Position numbers and translations under genes: made by a program
Shown here: one piece after another, positions 22,871 to 37,278 of the stretch
Layout: every line of letters starts with the position of its first letter
How positions within the stretch are numbered: position 1 is the first letter of the stretch
The notes under the pieces: generated by a model
The model's database searches: none
Seen by the model: only the letters and a program-made list of their open reading frames with translations
Told to the model about the DNA's origin: nothing
Assembly: GCA_010405405.1 (NCBI GenBank)
Contig: MU004230.1
Location: forward strand, 1,398,627-1,462,626
DNA: 64,000 nt
Direction: 5' to 3'
Source of the DNA: Microthyrium microscopicum
Lineage: Eukaryota

Positions 22871-25800
22871 TTATTCAAGTTGCAGTTTGAGGGTGAGGAC
22901 TTCAAAGGCCCGCACATTGATCTCGACGGCATTCTTGCCCACAATTTCGAGTTCTTCTAGGTCGTCTTCCAACACGTTGGTGATCGCAACCTTCTTGACA
23001 GGTAAATCACCCCAGGTTAGCTTGCCCTGGGAGCGACCACCAAGTGAGTCAAACAGGCGAACGATGATGTTGCGTCCCTTCTTAGGTGGGAAGAGACCAA
23101 CTGCGATATCTTCATCGTCCTCAGCACGCTTGACGCAGTCAACAATGAGGCCTGGTGGACCTTCAATGCGGATGGCAGAGAGCATAGATGTGAGTTGCGC
23201 TGGATTTGGATGACGGTGCAACTTAAGTGGGTTGTTCAGGTTGTAGCCAGCGCGCACAGTGCGATGGTCGAGAGGGCCGGCGTGTGGCAAGATTGCATAA
23301 CGAATATGATGACGGCCTGGAAATTGTTAGTGGCTGCAAAAATGCTGAGAATGAACAACTAACCCATGTCAGCATGTGCATCTGGTGCCTTGGGAGCACG
23401 AAGCAAGCTGAGACGCATGAGGTTGCCAATCGTGGCAAATCCATACTTGGAATCGTTGAGAATAGAAACACCATAGTTGGACTCGGATAGATCGGCCCAC
23501 TTGTGACAGCAGACCTCAAACTTGGCCATATCCCAGCTGGTATTGTAGTGAGTTGGGCGACGAACAATGCCGTATTGGCTTTCATATGACGCTTCTGTAT
23601 TGACGACATCGACAGGAAACTCGACCTTGAGGAATTTCATGGTCTCGCGCCACTCCACTTCGGTATCAACAGTGATCATACCATAAACATCGTCGACAGT
23701 GGCATCAAGGCTGATGGTGGACTTGAGCCAACTCTGGCTGCTGATCTGTGTTTCGGTAGTAACGCTGACACGGTGAGGGCCAGTCTCAACCGCGTAGGAT
23801 TTACCAGGCTTGAGTTCTTTGCGGGATTCGAAGTGGTACACTTCAACGTCCCAGGCTTGCCAATACAGTGGCTTATCATCAAAAATGACAAACTGATTGG
23901 CCTTTGCTCCCTTGGCCAAAACTTCACGCTTTGCTTCCTTATCGAAGAGAGAAGTGATGACACCGTCCTCGACCAAGACTTGAAACTTGGAATTGCTCAA
24001 TTGGAAAACTCCCTTCTCAAGCTCCTTGATTGAGGCTGGGCGATCAGTGGCTGCAGTGAGCTCCGAGACCTGCATAGCGCCGGTTGTTCCAGAAGCGATA
24101 GCATATTTTGGTCGTTCAGACTTGATGGGCAGCTGGACAAGTTCCGTCCGGTTCCATGGTAGAGTGTTGAGTGCCACAAGTTCGGTGTCCAGGTCGTCCT
24201 TATCTTTGAAACCAAGTTCCTTAAGGGCATCGATCGTGGCAGTCTCGCCAGCCTTGTATATCTTTTCGTACAACTCATCGGAGTCATCATAGCACATTTC
24301 AATGGAGCTACCAGGAAGACAATCGTGGAACTGGCAAAGAAGTACTCCCTCCCACATAAAGTCAATATCCTTCTTGGGATACTTATATTTAGACTTTCGG
24401 CTGGTGGTGTCGTCCTTTAGTAGATCCTTGATACTGGCCAGAGTTGATAGGTATTCAACGTCTCTCAGTAGAAACTCTGACTGACGATTGTTGCGTTTGT
24501 TGTTGGCTTGCGTTGTGTATGTACCACGGTGAAGCTCAAAGTAAAGCTCACCATACCAAGTCACAAACTCAGTTCCTTCCGCAGCCTTCTTTTCCAAGTT
24601 AGCAAAGAAGTCGTCTACAGAGGGACCTAGCTTAACGCGAGGCAGCAATCCAACGGTGTCGGCAATAGCTCGCTCGCGTCGCAGCTTTTCAATGTGCTCC
24701 CAGGTAGGTCCACCACCACCATCGCCCTTGCCATATACAAGCAGCGAACTGGCGTCTTGATCAAGAGATTTGTGGTTCTCAACACTCCGCTTTAGATCAC
24801 CAAAGTGTGCTTCGGCAGTGTATGTTTCAGCGGGTGTCATGTGGCACATAACTTGACTACCATCCAAGGCAACCCAGTTGAACGTGGTGTGAGGGAATTT
24901 ATTGATGTTATTCCAGCTGAGTTTCTGGGTAAAAAATCGAGTCATCCCAGCCAAGCGGCAGATTTGAGGTAGCTGTGCAGAGTAGCCAAACGTATCGGGC
25001 AACCAGAAAGTTTGACATCGTTCTCCAAAATGGCTTTCGAAAAATCTTTGGCCGTACAAGAATTGACGTACCAAGGACTCTCCACTAGGCATATTGGTAT
25101 CGTGCTCTACCCAACTGCCACCAATGGGATGGAACGTGCCCTTCTTGACCTTTTCCTTGACTCGATCGAAGAGCGATGGGTAGTATGTCTCAAGCCACTT
25201 GTACTGTTGGGCTTGGGAGCAACAAAAGCGGTATTCCGGATAACGATCCATAAGGTCACATTGATTGGACCAAGAACGGGCAACCTTTCTCTTCGTTTCT
25301 GCCCATGGCCAGAGCCAACAGGTGTCAATGTGACATTGGCCAATGGCGGTAACGAGGTAAGGTTGATCTCCTTCATATTGCTTCGAGGTATCCACCAGCT
25401 TCCCAAGATACTCCTGGGCAATTTTTCTGCATTCTTTGATGCTGTCTTTCGATCCCTCTGCAGCGATGAAGGTGTTCATGATACGGTTACAAACGTCGAA
25501 TGCTTTATGTGACTCCCAGGAATTCTCAGGGAATTCTCGGGCTGCGTCGCCGACAATCCAATAGTCTATATGTAATTGTCGTGCATCAAGGTTAACAGCG
25601 ACGATATCAGCCTTCCAAAGTTGGTAGTAACGGTCCTTTGGTGGTGGTTGGATGTTGTCGCCAAAGGCATTGCCAAACATGTGGTTGCAGGCCATCTCGA
25701 CGTAGAACACATGTGGCTTTCCGTCGTACCAGGACTTTGGAAGGATCCATTCAGTTCGATCGCCTCCTCCAGTCAAGCCATGAACGATTTCGCCCTTCTC

Positions 25801-26333
25801 AGTCCATATCATTCCTTCATTGTTGGCATCCCATTGAAACTCGAGGTGATCCTTCTTTTGAAGATCTTCGGGGACGGTCAAAGTGACTCTGAACCAATGT
25901 GTCGACCAACTGGGGCCGAACGACTCTCCCACATGTGTTTCTTTGAATTTGTGAGATGTAGCGTCTTTAAAAGTAGGGCGAGTAAGATCTGGGGGTGAGT
26001 AGACTTCAAGGGAAACCCATTTGTCTCCTGAAGCTCTACCTTCGTTGATTTTGCTGAAATCATGTTAGCTTTGTATAAGTCGCAGGGGTGGCAAAGCTTC
26101 ATACTCTTGAAGGTTGTATTTCTCGTACTGTCCACCAGCATCGAACTGTCGCAATCGATCATAGTAGATGCCGCGGATCTAGATCTAGTTAGGATTCATC
26201 ATCAAAGCTTAGGCTTCGACGTTAAAAGCCTCAAATGAAGTAAAGAGCTTACCTTTTTGCCGACTGGACGCTCTACGAGCTTGGGGTACTCCTTGGATGA
26301 TGAAGACATGATGTCTTTAGACTCGCCGCCCAT
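22871..26333 (-). CDS. AMS1: Vacuolar/cytosolic alpha-mannosidase (GH38), multi-exon
   Basis: Motifs GQCHIDTCWLWP, FWLPDTFGYS, WYGELYFELHRGTYT, QFHDCLPGSSI and LSLLRAPKAPD. Start MGGESKDIMSS at 26333; two 5' introns and one 3' intron. Confidence 0.93.
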
Positions 26334-26825
26334 AATTCATAAAGCTAAGAGAGGGGATCGGATTGGCGGGGAGAGGTGGAGCTTTAATAGAGCTCCTGAA
26401 GATTGCACAAACAATTGCAAGGCGGGAGTGAGGAATGAGATTTGAGATCAATGACTTTATACAATGGTCATGGAAGAAGTAGAGATGTAGGCACTGGGCA
26501 AGATGAGACAGCCAGGAGCTTGCTGGTCAGCAGGTGCTGTTCAGGTGGAGCTCAACTGCAGTTTGCAGCGCAGCAACGAGGCTGGGCCGGGGTGTGTGTT
26601 TCGCTCCTTCCCCACCTCCGTCACTGATCTTGCCCACCATTGGCGCGAGCTTCCTTGCCGCCCTGGTCTAGTCTTCTTGCATCCTAGCGTTACCTTCATG
26701 ACTTCTTTCCCAATTGGGACGTGATGATCTCGACTTTTCTGTGCTCAGTACATCCATTTGCACGAGTTCTCATCTCCAGAGTACGAATTGCATGGCATTG
26801 AGGATATGTGGCTGCTCTCATAATC

Positions 26826-28440
26826 ATGTGGTTCCGTTCGGCCACTCTACTCTGGCGCAGAACTGCTCTACCAGCAGGGCGGCCATTTCCAAGATGTTAC
26901 TCCACACCCACACCCACATCTCCAGAACTCTATGATGTTGTTTGTGTTGGAGGAGGACCTGCAGGTCTAAGTCTTCTGGCTGCTCTCCGTAAGATAGCTC
27001 CACATGAAACTCCTCCACCTCTATACCCTTTTGCTGACGGCAACAGGTTCTTCTGCTGCTACATCCGGATTGAAAGTAGCTCTGGTTGAAGGACAGGATT
27101 TAAAGAAAAATGTTCTTCGTGACTCTACGCCCTCGACATTCTCCAACAGATGTAGCTCCTTGACTCCGGCATCCGTGCGATATCTCAAAGGTACTGTATC
27201 CACTCTTGGCTTTCATATGCTCATGAAGTAACTCACCATCTGATAGAAATCGGTGCATGGAGCTTTATTGATGAATCACGAGTTCAGCCATACCAAGGAA
27301 TGGAAGTCTGGGACGGCTTGTCTGGTTCAAAGATCACGTTTGACTGGGACGAAACTAACTCAGTAGCACGACGACCAAGCCGACATGATTCACAGACTAT
27401 TGCCTATATGATCGAGAACATCAATCTCACCACAGGACTCCAAAACTTTCTCAAGGCATTGGGTGGCATCACCATATTATCGCCCGCCAAGGTGGAATCC
27501 ATATCATATGGTGATTCCACAGGATCATCAAATCTAAGCACTTGGCCTGTCGTCAAAGTTTCTGGAGGACAAACTCTAGCTGCGAGACTTTTGGTAGGCG
27601 CCGACGGAGCCAACAGTCCGGTACGAACGTTTGCTGGAATTCAGTCTCGAGGATGGAGATACGAAAGAATGGGGATGGTCGCAACAATTCAACTCGAATC
27701 TGAACCTGTAAGAAAAATTGCTTACCAAAGGTTTCTCTCAACGGGGCCAATTGCCATGCTACCACTTCCAGGAAAGATGGCAAGTTTGGTGTGGTCTACT
27801 ACTCCAGAAAGAGCTGAGGTGTTGAAAGCATTGAGTGAAGAAGATTTCAGCGCCATGGTCAATGCTGGGTTCCGCCTGAGTGACCCGGACCTTCAATACC
27901 TCCATGGCCTTGAAGCTGGCCAAGCTAAGGAGGTGGAATGGCGGCGACGGCACACGCCGCAGTCCGGCGCCGTACCGACTACAGTTATAGGGGTTCAAGA
28001 GAACACTATCGCCGCATTTCCACTGCAATTGCGCCATGCAGATACATATACGGCAGAGCGGATTGCTCTTGTTGGGTAAGGATCATAACACATGTCTATT
28101 TAACATCCTAACAGAGAATAGGGATGCAGCACACACCATACATCCACTGGCAGGTCAAGGTCTTAATCTAGGTCAAGGAGATATAGCCTCTCTAGTAAGA
28201 ACTATCAAGTCTGCAGTTGAGAGCGGACAAGACATAGGATCCACACTTGCTCTCGAGCAATACACCAGTGAGCGATATGCGGCAAATAACACGGTAATGG
28301 GAGTCTGCGATAAGCTCCATAAACTATACAGCTTCCAATCCGCTCCAATAGTTGGTCTGAGATCTCTGGGATTGAGTGCTGTGGATAAGCTAGGATTTTT
28401 GAAAGGATTTCTCATGCGAAATGCCGCAGGGGGAGCATAA
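26826..28440 (+). CDS. COQ6: Ubiquinone biosynthesis FAD monooxygenase Coq6; 3 introns
   Basis: Mitochondrial presequence-like N-terminus, YDVVCVGGGPAGL, SNRCSSLTP, LLVGADGANSPVR, AYQRFLSTGPIAMLP and GDAAHTIHPLAGQGLNLG. Confidence 0.93.
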
Positions 28441-29041
28441 GACCATCTTGAACATCATGTACAAATATTCTATCTGTAAGTACTACTCGCCTTGGCACAT
28501 TACTGCACCAGAAATGCTCCCGTCATCTAAAATGTTTTGCTAATTATCATTCAGGTTCTTAGAATAAGTTAATGGAAGCGGCGGCAAATACCATTTTTTC
28601 GAACTAGTGAATCAAGCTTGCCGATGTAGGCAATCGAGTCAGTCAACTGTTTATTTCCATGGCCACGATATAGCCGCTGAAGCCTTGAAGCGCCTCAAAT
28701 CTGACGGAATTCATTCTCTTCCGCGGGTTCTAACTATTTACCCTTTCATGCAAACCGATACCGCATTTTAATACTAATTATACAGACCGCTTGCGGACCA
28801 AAGATGAACTTCTGCAGGTTCAAAGCTATCTTTTCCCCACAGTCGGGAAATCGGCTCAAGACTACCTAACTGCTAGTCACTAGTAGCTAAACAGCTCATG
28901 ATCTTGATCTATATATCCGGCCATGACCTATTCCCAGGTCGCTCTCTAATACATCTTCTAGGCTGGCGCTCTTCACTGCGGAGCTCAGGTTAGGCTTTTC
29001 CTCCATATTCATGTCTACACCTTTTATGACCAATCTCTCCA

Positions 29042-30560
29042 ATGTCGACAGAAAAGAGTACTGGCTTGACTGAAAGCCAAGAGGAATACTCAGAAACTAT
29101 ATCGCATCATATGGGGGATATCGAAAAGCATGGGAGTCATCATGGCCAAAATTCCGACAGTCTTTCGCGAACATCTACCAAACAGGAGGACATAGAAGAA
29201 ACTGAACACCCAGTTCAAGAACCAATTTCCAGAACAAAATCAATCGCTTCTCGTTTGGAAAATACAGTTCTCTCACGTTTGACGACACGCTCAATCGTTA
29301 ATCCAGGCCCTCCCCCAGATGGCGGCTGGAAAGCATGGCTTCAAGTCTTTTGTGCCTGGCTCGCTATCATGAACACATGGGGCTTTGTAAATTCCTTTGG
29401 CGCCTTCCAGACTTACTACTCAGAAATACTACCGCAGTCACCGTCAACTATATCCTGGATTGGAAGCATACAAGCATGTCTCATGTTCTTACTAGGAATA
29501 TTTTCCGGAAGAGCTTTAGATGCTGGCCTCTTTCTACCGACTATCATGGTAGGAATAGCGTTTCAGATAGTCGGGATTTTCACCATGAGCGTCTCTAAAA
29601 ACTACTGGCAACTTTTCTTGACCCAGGGCGTTTTAACCGGAATTGGTGGAGGCATCTTCTTTACCCCTTGTATGGGTCTGGTTTCTACATACTTCGCTAA
29701 GAAACGTGGCATGGCTCTGGGGATTGTCACAAGCGGCAATTCATTTGGTGGAATAATATATCCTCTCGTAGTCAGACAGCTGTTGCCAAAAATTGGATTT
29801 GGATGGACTGTACGAGGTAAGAACCCTCTGACATTGACAAGCGCGATCGATACTGACCATGCTTGTTATAGTTCTCGGATTCATGAATCTCATCGCTCTC
29901 GGAATAATCATCGCATTTATGCGGCCACGACTACCACCGCGCAAAGCTGGACCTATCGTAGAGCTCGCAGCCCTCAAAGACGTTCCCTACATTCTCTTTG
30001 TCGCCGGCATCTGCTTCTGTATCTCGGCCATATATTTCGTCTTCTACTACATCGGGTCCTTTGCACGCGATACCATTGGCATCTCATACATTGGCTCCCT
30101 AAACCTCGTCATTGTGCTCAACGGCGTCGGCATTCCAGCGCGAATCATCCCTGGTATAATCGCAGATCGATATCTAGGAGTCTTGAATACTCACATTCCA
30201 CTCATTTGCGCGTCCGTAGTGCTTCTATACTCCTGGACGGCTATCTCGAGTCTTGGTGGCTTTTATACTTTCACAGTGATCTATGGCATGATTGCGGGTG
30301 GTTGGCAGTCACTTTTTCCGACGGCTATTGCGAGCTTGAGTGATGATTTGTCAAGGGCTGGGACGAGATTAGGTATGGCCTTCTCATCGATTGCTTTGGC
30401 TGCGCTGGTTGGGGGTCCTATTGGAGGACAACTGATCGCGAAGGGTGATGGATATTGGCCTGGCATTGTTTGGTGTGCAACGACTACCTTGGTTGGATGC
30501 GTGTTTGTTATTGCGGCGAGAATTGTGAAATATGGAACTACTTGGAAGGTCAAGTGTTAA
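29042..30560 (+). CDS. MFS transporter, monocarboxylate/MCH-like; 1 intron (~29817-29871)
   Basis: PPDGGWKAWLQV, NTWGFVNSFGAFQTYY, SWIGSIQ and YFAKKRGMALGI motifs, with ~12 hydrophobic segments. Confidence 0.9.
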
Positions 30561-31222
30561 CATGTTTCTCTAGAGTACCGAAGGATCCACAAGACAGGCA
30601 AAGAATAATATATTATGATGAAAAGTACATTCACCATTCCACATTTTGTGAGTCAGCCTGTTAGACGGATTTCGAACAAAACTTTGAATATTACTAGTAC
30701 AAGACATCATAATCGTATCAAAATAAACCCCGAGTCTGTCCATTATTGAGGTTATAGAGCCAAATATAACACACATGGAACCAAAGTTCTCAATCCGATT
30801 GTACCCGTATAGTCTAGATCCTAGCACATGCATGCTCGCCATGATTTTCACATGTTTCTAAACTTACAATTATCTGCAGAAAACTACCTAGAAATACATC
30901 AAGACCCTTGCATGACTAGGCTCGAGGGTACTTGTCAACGGCGAGAAACGGCTCTGCTTGCATACTTGGTAATAGTAACTGCAGAGTCTTGCCTATCAGC
31001 CTATGGCTTCAGTGCGTGCAAACATGATACCATTAATCCTAGTCACTTCCTTCGACGTAAAGCGGTTGCGTGCCATATTCTGATAACGTGGGTTTCTAGC
31101 CGACCTTGAACATTTTCACTCTTATCGCCCACTCCATCTTCACAACCACATCATACTCTTCCTCCACTTGTTAAAGTCTGACTGTCATTTCAAACAGACC
31201 AGATACCAATCAATTACCCGTC

Positions 31223-32293
31223 ATGGCAGCTTCACCATATCAGAATCTACCAAGGAAAGCCTCCGTCTATTCTTCAAGTCTAAGCCCGGATTCGCTATCA
31301 TCTTCATTTTTGAGCCGCCTGATACGAACTCACCTTCCACGACTATCATCTAGAGATTTTGATAGCTCCTCCTCATCTTCTGGAGAATCCACACCATCGC
31401 ATACTCGGAGATGGAGTAGTAATTCCAGCTTTACCGGCACCCCACCACCTGTATATCGTTCCAAAGCTTCACTCGTCTCGGACGCAGAGGATGACTATTT
31501 TGACGCCTTAGAAAGCTCCAGACTTGGTGCTAGAGCTGGGCAGGAGAGCACATTGGGTGAGGGGTTGCCAGACGACTTTGAAATCCAAAGTGGCATTGAA
31601 TGGAGATATGCAAACCAAGGTACATATGACGACTGCCATTTACGAATCGCCGATTGACCTTTGGTAGCAATCAGTCTTTACAACCTAGCGCGTCAAGAAG
31701 GCCAGTCGCTGGCGGAGCCAAGTGGGGGTATACCATCGCTGACGAGGCAGCTCTATCTCCATGGCACCACATATGGACTCCGCGGCTTACCCAAGCAGCT
31801 CAGTAATGAGGAAATAATGAGTATATGGAGTTCTCTGCCTCCTGCAGTCCGGGACATTGCAGCAATCACAACACAATCTGACTCAAAAGCTTCCTTATCA
31901 TCGAGGCGATCAAGCCTCAGATATGCAGACGCACTCGATCATGACCGGCCGCCCTCAGTGCTGCACCGCGTAGTGGCGTTCTTCATCTTGCAACTGTTCA
32001 TGCTTCTTCAGTTTCTGGCGCCTTACATGCGGCTTCTGGCCATATATTTGGCCTCCTACGAGCGACAGAATCGTGTCAGTGAGCGGGTGCTGGGTCAAAC
32101 AATGCGAGCGGCAGATGGACTCGTCAAGTTTGGTAATCGTGTATGTGATATGAATGACGGACGTGTGGGACAAGCTCTTGGAGACGCGATGGTATGGTGG
32201 ATTCGTGGAGTTACTGGCGGTATAAGGCAAGGCATTGGTAGTGGTCTGATGGCTCTTGGGGTTGAAGGTCAAGGACAGGATGCTATGAGATAG
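31223..32293 (+). CDS. Hypothetical fungal protein; 1 intron (~31620-31666)
   Basis: Two ORFs join through a GT-AG intron (SGIEWRYANQ|AISLYNLA). The product has RQLYLHGTTYGLRGLP.QLS.EE and a hydrophobic C-terminal helix; function not recognised. Confidence 0.7.
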
Positions 32294-32663
32294 TTGATAT
32301 GAAGGACACAATAGATTTCATGACTACCTATATGACTCTAGAATAAATTGAAGTAACGAACCTCATCATGCTCATGCAGGTGTATGAAAAGATATTGAAG
32401 AATCTAAGATAAGATCGGATCAAGATGCGGCGAAAAACGTCCAAGCTTAAAAGTTCGCGCTAAGCCTGTTCAATAAAACATTTTGAAAGGAGAGGTCTCT
32501 GAAAATTCTCGATCCATCAATTCCCCATCATCCACTTCTTCTCATCAATTGCCTGCAATCAATTGTTGTTTTAAGGCTTTGATTCTGTTTCTATTTTCCG
32601 TCACTCCTTCTCTACTTCGAAACCAACGTTCACCCTTCCTATTAAGTCTTCCCCTTCGCTGCC

Positions 32664-34844
32664 ATGTTCAGCGCAGCTTTGCGCAGAGGAGCGACATGCG
32701 CCTCCCGCGTGATAACCTCGAGACCTGTTTCTAGATCTATCCCATCAATATCTGCTGTTACTAGAGTCTCTTTCCAACCCACGTTCACATCCCGAGGATT
32801 TCAACTCGCCACCTCACGACAGTATGAGAATGCATCGCATTACGGCGAACAGCAGCAACAACGGATTGATGAAGCACCTGGCGAGGATGTACCAACAGAG
32901 ACCGTTCAACCAAAGGAAAATGAGGCCGATGCTGAGAGGTTTCAAGATCTTTTAGACCGCAAGCTTGTCCACTCAAACATCATGAAAACCATCATGGGCG
33001 AGATGCGACTAGAGACAATGACGCCTGTTCAGCAACAAACACTGAATGCCGCCTTAAGTGGTCGTGACATGTAAGATATAGGCACTCGCAGATGGAAGGG
33101 AGTGAACTGACCCAATGGTGTAGCATTGCGCAAGCCAAAACTGGTACCGGCAAGACTCTAGCCTTCCTGATCCCTATCATGCAACACATCATACACCAAG
33201 ATCCATCTCTCGCCGTACCTTACCGCAGACGTGTTTATCCCGATGACATTCGAGGCATCATTATCTCACCAACAAGAGAATTGGCAGAGCAAATCGCCGC
33301 TGAAGCCATGAGTGTGGCAAAGCACACCGGCTTGAAGATTCAGCTGGCCGTGGGAGGTACCCAGAAAAATATGATGCTCCGGAAAACCCAAAATGAAGGC
33401 TGCCATTTACTTATTGGAACGCCCGGTCGATTAAAGGATATCCTTTCGGATCCGAACTCTGGCGTGAAAGCCCCAAATCTAAACACATTCGTTCTTGATG
33501 AGGCCGACAGACTTCTCGATCAAGGTTTCCTTCCCGATATCGAGCAAATCAAGCGATTGATCCCTGGTATGTCAGAGGGTGATCGACAAACAATGATGTT
33601 GTCCGCCACAATTTCACATGAAGTTGTCGATCTGGTTCGAACAACACTTAAGAAGGGATTCAAGTTTGTTCAATGTGTGGATCCAGATGAGGCACCTACT
33701 CATGCCAGAATCCCGCAGAATGTTGTTGTCACGAATGGTGTCGAAAACTTGACGCCAGCTCTATATGAGCTCGTTGAGCGCGAGATCAAAGCTTTCAAAT
33801 CTGGCGAAACTGACCGACCATTCAAGGCTTTGATCTTTTTCAACTCTGGAAATGAAGCCATCTTGACTTCCAACCTTTTCAACCAAATTAAGCGATCAAA
33901 CCCCGAAGTGCTTGGTCAAACCCCAATCATCCAAATACACTCAAAACTCACTCAATCAGCACGCACACAATCCTCTGAATCATTCCGCTTCTCTCAATCT
34001 GCTATTCTTATGTCAACAGATGTTACCGCCAGAGGTATGGATTTCCCTAACGTCACCCACGTCATCCAAGTCGGCTTCCCCAATCATGGCGGCCGTGAAT
34101 CATACATCCATCGCCTCGGTCGAACAGGTCGTGCCGGCAAGGAAGGAAAAGGTTTCCTCCTCATCCCACGCCTTGAACAAGACAAAGCCCAGCGCGAGCT
34201 TTCTGACATGCCACTTGTTGTTGACAAAAGCCTGCAGACTGCTCACGTCGATCTCGCGCTCGCAGACAGTCTACCGCAGGAGGTCGTTGATAAGATAGAG
34301 GTTGTCAAGAAGGCGTTCAAGTTCGCTATGTTTGGCGATCTTGCTGCTGTGTACAAAGCATATCTCGGTGTCTATCAGGGTGCGAACAAGCAGCAAACTA
34401 TCGACTCGCTCAACCGCATGGCTCAATTCACTTGGGGTCTGCAACGCCCACCGGCTGTTTCGCACAAGCTTGCGAGCATGCTAGGCTATGGTAACGTTCG
34501 TGGTCTTGAGATCGAGGATCGAGGCGCCGGCGGGTTTGGTGGAGGAAGCCGCGGCGGATATGGAGGTGGTGGCTTCGGTCAAGGAGGAGACCGAGGCGGA
34601 TATGGTGGTGACCGTGGTGGTGGATTTGGCGGAGATCGGGGTGGTTACGGAGGCTCGCGAGGAGGAGATTTCCAGCGAAGCGGCGGGTATGGAGGAGGAG
34701 ATAGACGTGGTGGTGGAGGAGGAGGATATGGTGGAGGTAAGCCACGAGATACCGCCTCTGCCTTCTAAGTTTCTGACCAGAGATCTATCAGGGTATAACG
34801 ATCGAGGAGGCTTCGGCGGGGGCCAGAACAGCTCTTGGTCGTGA
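32664..34844 (+). CDS. MSS116: Mitochondrial DEAD-box RNA helicase (Mss116/CYT-19); intron 33071-33123, plus optional 3' intron 34737-34791 (stop at 34768 if retained)
   Basis: Presequence, Q motif (MTPVQQQT), AQAKTGTGKT, PTRELA, TPGRL, DEAD, SAT, TDVTARGMD, HRLGRTGRAG and an RGG-rich tail. Confidence 0.88.
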
Positions 34845-35788
34845 ACGAGCCTTTCCGTTTTCCTCCCCCTACCGTCTCACGACACCTTTCCTGGACACTT
34901 GTCTGTCCTTTCCCGGCATTCTCATCTGCCAATCGCGAAAGACCTCTTATGTCTCTTTTCGCTGTACATTACTTACTGGCACTGTCTGGAAATACCCGTC
35001 TCACGAGGATTCTGTCATTTTATCAAGGAATGCTAAAAAAAGCAGGAGTAACGAAGTTGCATCTAGATGGCCGGTGTTTTTTGTATGGGTACAAAATTTC
35101 CACTCAGATTAATCTTGCATTATAACATTGCTGCTTCAGTCTTGTCTTTGTCTGGCTAACTTTCTGACGTTCATTTTAGTGCAAGTTCTTTTATGTTATG
35201 TTGAAGATACAGCTAGAAAGCCATTTGTACAGATGTCTTTATGCATATTAGAATACAGACACATAAGACTCTACTCTCTTCAATTTTGGAAGATGATTTC
35301 ATCTCCATGAACAAGAGAGATGATGTTGAGATAGTTTTAAGAGTGGTTCTACACTTCAACACTCAAGCTCGGATCGATAGCCGTTCTAAGAATCTCTGGT
35401 CTCTTAAAATAGCCAAAAAATATCTGCTTTACTCACTCTTCTTGTGCCTGAACATTTAATAGGCGTTACAAGTCTCACCTCATGGATTGAGGTGCTCAAT
35501 GGCTGTTGAATGTTTGGAAACCTGCCATGCGTTTCACATTAAACATTCAGACAAGGCTGTTTGCTTCTGGGACCTGGATTGGATATGGGGCACCTCGGTC
35601 GGGTATTCCGTCAATAGTAGCTATCTCTAGCTTTAATTCGAATCTAAATTTGTTCAGATTGCAAGTTTGGGAACGTGCTCTAAAAGTGTCGTCCAAAATT
35701 GTTATTGAACTTGACTTATATGTCTTAGTCTTAGCTCGTCAATCACACTCATTTCTTGGATTTACTCTGTGCATTGAAGTCCTCAGTC

Positions 35789-37165
35789 ATGGCGATTCTA
35801 ACCCAGATCACGCTGTTTTTACTGCCTATACTGGCGAGTGCCGCTGAGAGTGCTGATGCGCGATCACTGCATAGGCGAAGAGGCGGCTTGCAAGCGTTTG
35901 GTGGGCGATGCACAGTATCTGACTTCTCAGAAGTGGCAGATGCTGTCAAGTCGTGTACTGAGATAGGCATCAAGGACATGAAGGTGCCGGGCGGACAAAC
36001 GCTGGATCTTAAGAAGCTGAAAGCGGGTGCCAAGGTGACATTCTCAGGTCGCACTGTGAGTTATGTTCTTTAAAGAGATAATTTGATACTGAGAGATATA
36101 GACATTCGAATTCGCGGACGAAGATGTCGACCTTATCCAAATCTCTGGCAGAGATATCACGATCCAAGGCACACCTGGTCACGTCTTGGACGGCAATGGA
36201 CCGGCATGGTGGGATGGCATTGGGTCAAATGGCGGAGCTACGAAGTAAGAACCGAATGACCTGCGAGTCGCGACTAGAGCTTACATTGAGATAGGCCCAA
36301 TCATTTCATTGCGCTGAAGAAGGTGGTTGGAAAGAGTATAGTCCGTGATTTATACATCGAAAACTACCCTACACACTGCTTCTCAACTACGGGCGCACAA
36401 GGTCTTATCATGGAAAATATAGTTCTCAACAACACACTTGGAGATCAGCCAAACGCCAAGTCGAATGGAAAGCCTGCTGGACATAATTCGGATGGTTTCG
36501 GTTTTGGGTCGTCGGATCATGTTATATTGAGAAACTCGAAAGTCTGGAATCAAGATGATTGTGTGGCCATTACTTCTGGAACGAATATCACAGTAGAAAA
36601 TATGTTTTGCTCTGGAGGTCATGGACTCTCTATTGGTAGTGTTGGTGGAAAGTCAAACAACACCGTACGAGACATTACATTCAGAAATAGTGTCCTTGAA
36701 AAACAAGAGAACGGAATCCGTATCAAGTCCAACTCAGGAACAAAAGGCGAAATTAGAGGGCAAGTGTCGCGTTCCAACGAGCGAGTTCGCAACTAACAAT
36801 CCTAGAATCAAATTTGAGAACATCCGAATGGATAAGACAACTAAGTACGGTATCGTTATCCAGCAAGATTACCTCAATGGAGGACCAACTGGTAAGCAAA
36901 TATCTTGTTGGTAGTAGGTCATATTTTTACACATCTAGGTACTCCAACAAACGGAGTTAAAATTGCTGACATTACGATTAAAAATGTAACGGGAACCGCT
37001 GAATCGAAAGCAATGAATTACTACATTCTTTGCGGAGAAGGCTCTTGTTCCAACTTCAATATCAACGATGTGAAGATCACTGGAGGAAAGAAGGGTGATT
37101 TCTGTAATTTCAAAGCAGTTGGAAACTTTGATTGCCCTAATACGAGGCCTGCGAAGAGTAGCTAA
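35789..37165 (+). CDS. Secreted endopolygalacturonase (GH28); 4 introns, one GC-AG (36760-36805)
   Basis: Signal peptide and a basic propeptide site (HRRR). Motifs WWDGIGSNGG, GHNSDG, NQDDCVAI, CSGGHGLSIGS, GIRIKS and YGIVIQQDY. Confidence 0.93.
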
Positions 37166-37235
37166 ACAATGACTATCTACGTATGCTTTTCTCAACACTT
37201 TTCGTCTTCACCTCTAAATAATTACCTTTCAGTGA

Positions 37236-37278
37236 TCGCAAGGCTGAAGTCGCAAGGCTGACACGGTTAGCCAATCAG
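37236..37278 (+). promoter_or_regulatory. CCAAT box plus a short direct repeat upstream of eIF3d
   Basis: AGCCAATCAG (37269-37278) lies ~150 bp upstream of the ATG. It is preceded by two copies of TCGCAAGGCTGA (37236-37247, 37250-37261). Confidence 0.45.
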
